Sequence record: LC592711.1
Length of the DNA: 64,000 nt
Strand: one strand, 5' to 3'
Part shown: positions 58,238-64,000 of the stretch, piece by piece
How positions within the stretch are numbered: position 1 is the stretch's first letter
Layout of the letters: each line of letters starts with the position of its first letter
Program-made: the position numbers and the translations under genes
The notes under the pieces: generated by a model
Databases searched by the model: none
The model's input: only the letters and a program-made list of their open reading frames with translations
Told to the model about the DNA's origin: nothing

Positions 58238-59917
58238 TTACCGCCCTTTGATTTTGTCTTGAGTACGTTTTCGGATTGCAGCAAACACGGGGTTCGGATT
58301 CTCCACGGTAATGAAACCCGGAGAGAGTGTCGCCCACATGCCGATACGAGTCCGGCCGGTTGGTGTCTTCTTCTGAATGTTCAGATAGCCACCAATTTCC
58401 GCGATAGATTCATCCAGGATCTTGGAGGACCCTTGCGAGGAACTATCTCTTCTTGCGCCTTTCTTGCTGCTGCTAGTCTGCGGAACCAGCAGCGAAGTCA
58501 GCTTCGTGGCCATGTTATCGCCGGGAATTGCAATCGACGATACGCCAGGCCGCCCGTTAGTGATCTTGAAAATCGGTCCGGGCTTCAACTTCTTTTTGAA
58601 AATCTCCTCGATGGTCTTCTGAGTCAGAGGACGCTTCGGATCAGTCAAGGAGCGACGATAAGCCGTATGGATTGCAAAGTTCGTTTCGACGATCGCATGC
58701 GTGATGTCGTACAGAACGTAATTCAGAACACTGAGTTCCTTGCCAAACATACTGCTGATCTTGTTCGAGTCCTGCAAGATCCATGCATTGCAATTTTTCA
58801 TCACATGCATGAAGAAGTCGTAGGTGCTCGATACTTCGATCCCAATGGACTTGAGCTTTTGCTGCGTGATCAGGTCCATGTACTGGTCAATCGACTTGAA
58901 GTGGTCGCGCACCTTGTCGTGGAGCAGACCTTCATTCATGTCACCAGTCCAGAGAATGTGGCCCATCAGAACACGCCACAACCAGAGGTTGTCGATGTCC
59001 TTCAGGATCATTCGCTTGGGGAAATGGTCGATCAGGTAGAACAGAGCACCGACCAGGTTCTCTGCATCCATCGTGAATTGATTGCGACGAATCGCCACGC
59101 GAATCTTGCTGCGAACGAAATCCATGCGAGGATTACCGTCGGGCTGCTTGCCGCGTGTTTCACAGATGACCCAATCTTCCGTCGGGAAGCGTTCAGGATC
59201 GATATCGTCCGCTGTGCCAAAGAACGGCTCGATACCGAGATAATTCCTGAACGTATCCGTCACGCCGTACTTACAAAACAGATAGTGCGCAAGGCACGTT
59301 TCCATCTTGATAGTCGGTTGGAGTTTTAGCATGTCCTTGGTCTTGTTATAGATATTGGACCACACGACCTGGACACTTCTTGTTCTGCCATCGACCAGAT
59401 ATGCATAGTCGAGGCGCCGGAAGATCAACTTGATACACAGCAGCTGTGCAAACACGTTGTCATCATCCGGCGAGATCACGATGTCTTGCAAGACAGGACT
59501 GATTGCGAATCGCGAACCAGCAATCGTGATCAAACCGCCCTTCGTCACAAAGGGCAGATACAGGAAACGCGGCGGAAGATCGACTCCCTGGAATCGGAAG
59601 AAGAACTTCACGAGAAAGACATCAGAGCGCGCCACATCAAACGCGGTCTTCGGTGCTTTCTTCAACTTGGTCTCGACACGCTTGGAGGTTTTTGTCGGCG
59701 AACGCTTCTTTGCGCCTTCCCGATATTCATCAGGCGGCAGACAACGTTCATACCCGGCATACACCAGACCTTCCGGAAACTCCCGGCTGATCGATTGCCA
59801 AACCTGGTCGATGAACTTCAACGCACGCGGGATGTGCGTGGTTGCAATCCCGCTAGCGATCGCATGATTGAATTTTGGAATGATGCGATCTCGGAGTTCA
59901 ACGAATGTTGGGTCCAT
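58238..59917 (-). CDS. Split multisubunit RNA polymerase beta-like subunit, N-terminal part (phiKZ gp123-like nvRNAP)
   Basis: LYLPFVTKGGLITIAGSRFAISPVL resembles the RpoB N-terminal P..T..G.FI.NG....SQL region; size and position two genes after the capsid gene fit phiKZ order. Confidence 0.72.
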   Translation of the reverse strand: MDPTFVELRDRIIPKFNHAIASGIATTHIPRALKFIDQVWQSISREFPEGLVYAGYERCLPPDEYREGAKKRSPTKTSKRVETKLKKAPKTAFDVARSDVFLVKFFFRFQGVDLPPRFLYLPFVTKGGLITIAGSRFAISPVLQDIVISPDDDNVFAQLLCIKLIFRRLDYAYLVDGRTRSVQVVWSNIYNKTKDMLKLQPTIKMETCLAHYLFCKYGVTDTFRNYLGIEPFFGTADDIDPERFPTEDWVICETRGKQPDGNPRMDFVRSKIRVAIRRNQFTMDAENLVGALFYLIDHFPKRMILKDIDNLWLWRVLMGHILWTGDMNEGLLHDKVRDHFKSIDQYMDLITQQKLKSIGIEVSSTYDFFMHVMKNCNAWILQDSNKISSMFGKELSVLNYVLYDITHAIVETNFAIHTAYRRSLTDPKRPLTQKTIEEIFKKKLKPGPIFKITNGRPGVSSIAIPGDNMATKLTSLLVPQTSSSKKGARRDSSSQGSSKILDESIAEIGGYLNIQKKTPTGRTRIGMWATLSPGFITVENPNPVFAAIRKRTQDKIKGR

Positions 59918-59935
59918 GCATTCTCCGAAAGTTAT

Positions 59936-61084
59936 TCAATTTGAAAACAGACTCTTTAACGCAACAATGGCTGCCCCCGCACCCATTACGACAGTGGGAA
60001 TGAACTTCCACATCTCGGACGAATCCTTTCGTTCAATACTTCTTTCCTCGTAATAATCCTTCGTTCTTAGTTGGTCGAGTTTCGTCACATGGTCCTCTCG
60101 GGCATAGCGACGATTCAACTCATTTTCAAAGTGCCGGACTCTGCGCTCTTCTTCCTCCAGTTGCGCTTGGAGTTTCTGATTGCGATGTTCCAGTTCCAGT
60201 TTTTCCTTGTCTTGCTCAGCTTTCAGATTGCTGGTTTCAGCAGCCGTCTTCTTGCCTTGCAGATCCAGGTGCTTTAATTCCAAACCGAGCTCAACTTCAT
60301 GCTCAGGAGCGGTACGGGCCTCGGCGTAAGACCTATACAACCACTTTGCTTCGGGCATTTGCTCGGGCGGGATATACTCGACAACATCTTCCACAGGACC
60401 TTGTGCAGACGTCATCATCCCCCGATACTTCAGATATACGCCATCTCTCTTGAGCGCATTCTTGACAGCATCGATCCGCATGACCTTCCCAAGTAGCCGC
60501 ATATACCTGGGTCCAATCCTTTCTTGATTATCGATTATCTCGACAGACAGACCATTTTCGCCCAGGGTCCTCGTTCCCTTAGGTGCTTTGGTCATCGCCT
60601 CGTAACTGAACGGATGCAACGGTATATCATTGTGTCTGGTCGATAGAATAATATCTTGCTCGACCAGATAAATGCATCCACCGTTGTCGTTTATCGTCCT
60701 CGGCGTTACTTCATAGTCATACCGCATAGCAACGCTATGCGTCTGATCACGATAAGCCTTGAGAAACAGATCCTCAAAATTCTTCAGATCGTCACTCTTC
60801 GGTCCTTCATGACTTATTAGTCTGTCTCGCACCGAGTGTTTGATGTTGTCGGAGAAATACAACTCCTGACGAACGATGAACGCTTGACTAATGCGAGACT
60901 GTCGACTAGGCACGTCGACAACCACTCCACTTCTGAGCCCCAACGAAATCGGTCGCCCGGAATAATTGAGGAACTTGGTATAGAGGGTTACATCGCAGCT
61001 TTCGTTAACCGAATGCTGATGGGACGTTGATTCTTTAAGTGGAACCGACCAATACGCCGGTTCCATTCCCCGGTCAGAATCCAT
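59936..61084 (-). CDS. Conserved hypothetical protein with C-terminal coiled coil
   Basis: 382 aa between the capsid and RNAP genes; EQDKEKLELEHRNQKLQAQLEEEERR coil and hydrophobic C-terminus. Confidence 0.6.
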   Translation of the reverse strand: MDSDRGMEPAYWSVPLKESTSHQHSVNESCDVTLYTKFLNYSGRPISLGLRSGVVVDVPSRQSRISQAFIVRQELYFSDNIKHSVRDRLISHEGPKSDDLKNFEDLFLKAYRDQTHSVAMRYDYEVTPRTINDNGGCIYLVEQDIILSTRHNDIPLHPFSYEAMTKAPKGTRTLGENGLSVEIIDNQERIGPRYMRLLGKVMRIDAVKNALKRDGVYLKYRGMMTSAQGPVEDVVEYIPPEQMPEAKWLYRSYAEARTAPEHEVELGLELKHLDLQGKKTAAETSNLKAEQDKEKLELEHRNQKLQAQLEEEERRVRHFENELNRRYAREDHVTKLDQLRTKDYYEERSIERKDSSEMWKFIPTVVMGAGAAIVALKSLFSN

Positions 61085-61212
61085 CTTTTTAACGGTCCTA
61101 CGTGAATTGGCACATCATCTTAAAATCGTATAAGCAATTATCTAAAGACGTTGCTTATTCTTCTCAACTTCGATTTAATGATATATTTCTGATTTTTAAT
61201 AGACAGCATAAG

Positions 61213-61248
61213 CTCCTACTCTCCTAGCTTGCGCTAGGAGAGTAGGAG
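61213..61248 (-). terminator. Hairpin downstream of the major capsid gene
   Basis: ctcctactctcctagc-ttgc-gctaggagagtaggag. Confidence 0.72.
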
Positions 61249-61334
61249 ATGTGCTTCTGGTTGGTTACGACTGATCGCTCACGAACCTGTAAACACCAGG
61301 CTCGCTAACGCGATCGTAACGCACCGTGATCCCG

Positions 61335-63575
61335 TTAGGGAGTGGTGGTTGCGTCGTTGTCGAGAAAGGCCGTTGCGTTGGTGACCTCGACACCGAGGAC
61401 AGCTTGCTGCGACAGCGCTTCTTGCAGGTTCGTCACGGTCAGCACGCCGAGGATCGGGCACAGGGGGATGTGACGGAACGACGGGTGAACGATCAGTTCA
61501 CGCGAGTGGCTGGTACGCGACAGGTTCAGCGCAGCGACGACTTCCGGCTTGTTCAACATCATGCCGTGGTCGAGCGGGTGCGGAACGCCCGGGTTGTTGC
61601 TCGGGTAGCCCAGCGCGATGAAGATCTTGCCACGCACGCGGCTGTCCGGCGTCCATGCCTTCTCGTACGAGAAGTCGGGACCCATCGTACGCGTATCGCC
61701 TTCGACCATGAGGTACTGCGTGAGCACCATGTCCGTACCGAGCTTGACGACCGGCAGCTGAGCTTCCGTGCCTTCGAGCAGGTTGGCCGCGGCTTGCCAG
61801 TTCGACAGCTGCCACAGCTTGTAGGCCATGATCTTGCAGGTGTCGGTCAGGATTGCCGTGATGTCCGAGTAACGCTCGTGCTGAGCGGTCGTCGTGACGG
61901 CCTTCAGCAGGTCGATCGAGACTTCTTGCAGGACCGGCTCGATCAGGTACGACGAGATGCCCATGATTTCCGGCTGACGGCCGATGACATCCGAGCGCTT
62001 CGCGTACTGACGCAGCGTGTCGACTTCCGACAGCAGTTGCGTCACAGCCAGGTTCGACTGACGGACCTTGCACAGGTACGACAGAGCAGCTGCGTGCAGT
62101 GCGTCTTGCGCATCGCCGTTCGTGATCGGACGTTGCACCGACAGCGGGCTGCCGAGCGAAACGCCGTAGATCTGGCGATACGTGTTGAAGTCAGCCAGCT
62201 GGCCGAGTTCACGCAAGTTGCTGTTCACGCGGCGAACGTCGATGTCCACGCCGATGATCTTGCCGCCTTCGAGCAGCGTGACCATTGCAGCCTGGCCAGC
62301 GTCGGTCACGTCGAGCGACACGCCGTTGATGTTCTTGATCGTGTTGACGACGATCGAACCCGTGATGATTTCGTAGGACGAATCTTGCAGGTTGATGTCG
62401 CCGCGGACCGAGAACGACAGCCATGCGGTGTTTGCCGATGCGCCTTGGAACGCGCCGAGCAGCTGCGTGGCAGCGTTGTTGAACAGCGTCGTGTTCGGGC
62501 CGATCATTGCCGAGTCCGTCGTGAACTGGAGGTCCATACGACGGGTTTGGCCTTGCAGGGCTTCCGTGAACTGGTTCAGCGGGCTGTTCGACGTGTCGAA
62601 ACGGACCACTTCCTTCTTGCTGCCGTCGGCGTTCGAGAACACGACGTACACGCCCTTCAGGACGGCACCCGGGTCCAGCGCGTCGGTCTGGTCCAGCACG
62701 CCCTTCGCGAGTTGCGTGTCGGTCAGAGCCAGGCGGAACAGCGACGTGCGGTAGTTCGTCTTCAGCGGAGCCGTCTGGATCGCTTCGCCTTCGTCGGTCG
62801 TTGCCGCGTACGGTGCGACCAGCGCCGGATCGACGAACGCATCTGCCGTCTGAGCGCGCACGACCGGGATGATCTTCAGCGTGTCGTTCTTCAGGATCGT
62901 CGCGTCGATTTCAGCGTTGACGATGTTGCGACGGTTGTAGTCCGTCAGGCGCTTTTCGAGCTCGTAGCGCACTTGATCGTACACGGAAATCAGCGGGATT
63001 TCCATTTCGATCGCGTACTGGTCCGGCGACAGGTTCACCGTCTTGTAGAACATTTCGCCGAAGCGGTTCTGCGTTGCGGTCGCGAGCGCGAAAGCTGCCG
63101 TGAAGTTCAGCGTTTCGTCGTTCGGCTTCGTGTCGTACGCTTCCATCGAGCGCTGACCGAGCTTGGCCGGATCCAGGCCGCTGTTGTCGGGAATGAACAC
63201 TTCGAAAGCGTTCGAACCCTTCATGCCCTTCATCGCCACGCGGCGCGCGAGCGAATCCTTCGGGGCCATGGCCGACGCCAGAGCGAACGACACAGCTTCT
63301 TGTTGCTGCGGGGTAACCTTCACGCCGAGCTTGGCGCCGTCCATCTTGAAGAACGATTCGACGCTGGCTTGCACGTCGCCGAGCATCTTGAACGCGGCTT
63401 GTTCGATGTCAGCCGAGAACGACTCGTTCGAGACGAGTGCTTTGCCGATTGCGGGGTCGTTGCGGAGCGAGCCTTCACGGCTCAGGTGTTCGACCATCTT
63501 GAACGCAGCACCAGCAACATTGACATGTTCCTGGTCCGCGCGCTTGGCGAACTTCGAAGTGGTCACGAAAGACAT
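61335..63575 (-). CDS. Major capsid protein (phiKZ gp120-like)
   Basis: 746 aa; extreme codon bias of a highly expressed gene; QNRFGEMFYKTV, prohead-protease-type SxE sites (SNE, SME), IVHPSFRHIPLCPILG near the C-terminus. Confidence 0.82.
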   Translation of the reverse strand: MSFVTTSKFAKRADQEHVNVAGAAFKMVEHLSREGSLRNDPAIGKALVSNESFSADIEQAAFKMLGDVQASVESFFKMDGAKLGVKVTPQQQEAVSFALASAMAPKDSLARRVAMKGMKGSNAFEVFIPDNSGLDPAKLGQRSMEAYDTKPNDETLNFTAAFALATATQNRFGEMFYKTVNLSPDQYAIEMEIPLISVYDQVRYELEKRLTDYNRRNIVNAEIDATILKNDTLKIIPVVRAQTADAFVDPALVAPYAATTDEGEAIQTAPLKTNYRTSLFRLALTDTQLAKGVLDQTDALDPGAVLKGVYVVFSNADGSKKEVVRFDTSNSPLNQFTEALQGQTRRMDLQFTTDSAMIGPNTTLFNNAATQLLGAFQGASANTAWLSFSVRGDINLQDSSYEIITGSIVVNTIKNINGVSLDVTDAGQAAMVTLLEGGKIIGVDIDVRRVNSNLRELGQLADFNTYRQIYGVSLGSPLSVQRPITNGDAQDALHAAALSYLCKVRQSNLAVTQLLSEVDTLRQYAKRSDVIGRQPEIMGISSYLIEPVLQEVSIDLLKAVTTTAQHERYSDITAILTDTCKIMAYKLWQLSNWQAAANLLEGTEAQLPVVKLGTDMVLTQYLMVEGDTRTMGPDFSYEKAWTPDSRVRGKIFIALGYPSNNPGVPHPLDHGMMLNKPEVVAALNLSRTSHSRELIVHPSFRHIPLCPILGVLTVTNLQEALSQQAVLGVEVTNATAFLDNDATTTP

Positions 63576-63684
63576 GTTGTATTACCTCTTATTCCTAGGA
63601 AAAAGGTTTTCTGGGAAAACGAAAACTACGATTCTGTACAAAACCGGTTTTGGCAGTGATTACCACCAAACTATTGAGACTGTT

Positions 63685-63999
63685 TTATTTCAAGAGATCC
63701 AGTTCGGTGAGATACCATTCGAACCAGTTCGTCTTATGTACCACGTTCAGGTCGTAGTACTGCTGCAGCTTTTCGACCACGGACCGCAGGATCGACAGGC
63801 GCAGCTCTTCTTTGCGGTTGAAAATCACCGGCGACAGAATTCCCTGATTGAGGGCCACAACAATCAGTTTGCTCGATGCCGAATAAACGCTATAAGATTG
63901 ATGAAGATCAACCTTGTTAGCCGCCTCTTGCTTGAGGTGATCCAGAACATACTGGTTCACCAGCTTGAGGCTGTATTCTTTTTTGTCTGCGAGTTCCGA
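63685..63999 (-). CDS. 3' end of a hypothetical protein (partial; continues past the window end)
   Basis: The frame of ORF 63685..63960 stays open to the window end (SELADKKEYSLKLVNQY...). Confidence 0.55.
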   Translation of the reverse strand, partial: SELADKKEYSLKLVNQYVLDHLKQEAANKVDLHQSYSVYSASSKLIVVALNQGILSPVIFNRKEELRLSILRSVVEKLQQYYDLNVVHKTNWFEWYLTELDLLK

Positions 64000-64000
64000 G

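Noticed and set aside
61326-63659. 777-aa plus-strand ORF antisense to the capsid gene
   Set aside because: Shadow ORF produced by the strong codon bias of the capsid gene; no RBS or protein motifs.

Overview
A 64 kb segment of a phiKZ-like (Chimalliviridae-type) jumbo phage genome. The family call rests on a 746-aa major capsid protein, a split non-virion RNA polymerase beta-like subunit, a ~1000-aa portal, an SMC/SbcC ATPase beside a baseplate spike, and tail-fibre genes. The window also holds an NAD-dependent ligase, RuvC, class Ia ribonucleotide reductase (alpha with a Gln-terminated mini-intein at the catalytic Cys), a glutaredoxin, an endolysin and spanins. The most unusual region is a ~13 kb same-strand island (11406-24214) inserted between tail-fibre genes, behind a GIY-YIG endonuclease. 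It encodes five radical SAM enzymes with Cys-rich SPASM-like C-termini, five 2OG/Fe(II) oxygenases (one JmjC-like), two DHFR-fold proteins (one missing the catalytic acid) and three unknown proteins. It also encodes a 186-aa protein ending in CHSSCHTSCHGSRGRR, a triple His-Xaa-Ser / CxxxCxxxC motif resembling RiPP precursor cores. I interpret this as a candidate phage-encoded peptide/protein post-translational modification system; that is inference. Secondary observations are seven lectin-like tail accessory genes sharing an N-terminal M-x3-(hydrophobic)2-x-KK-like peptide and a family of related ACTC/GAGT hairpins. No database searches were run: family calls come from recognised motifs and gene order. 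No tRNA, rRNA or CRISPR array was seen.
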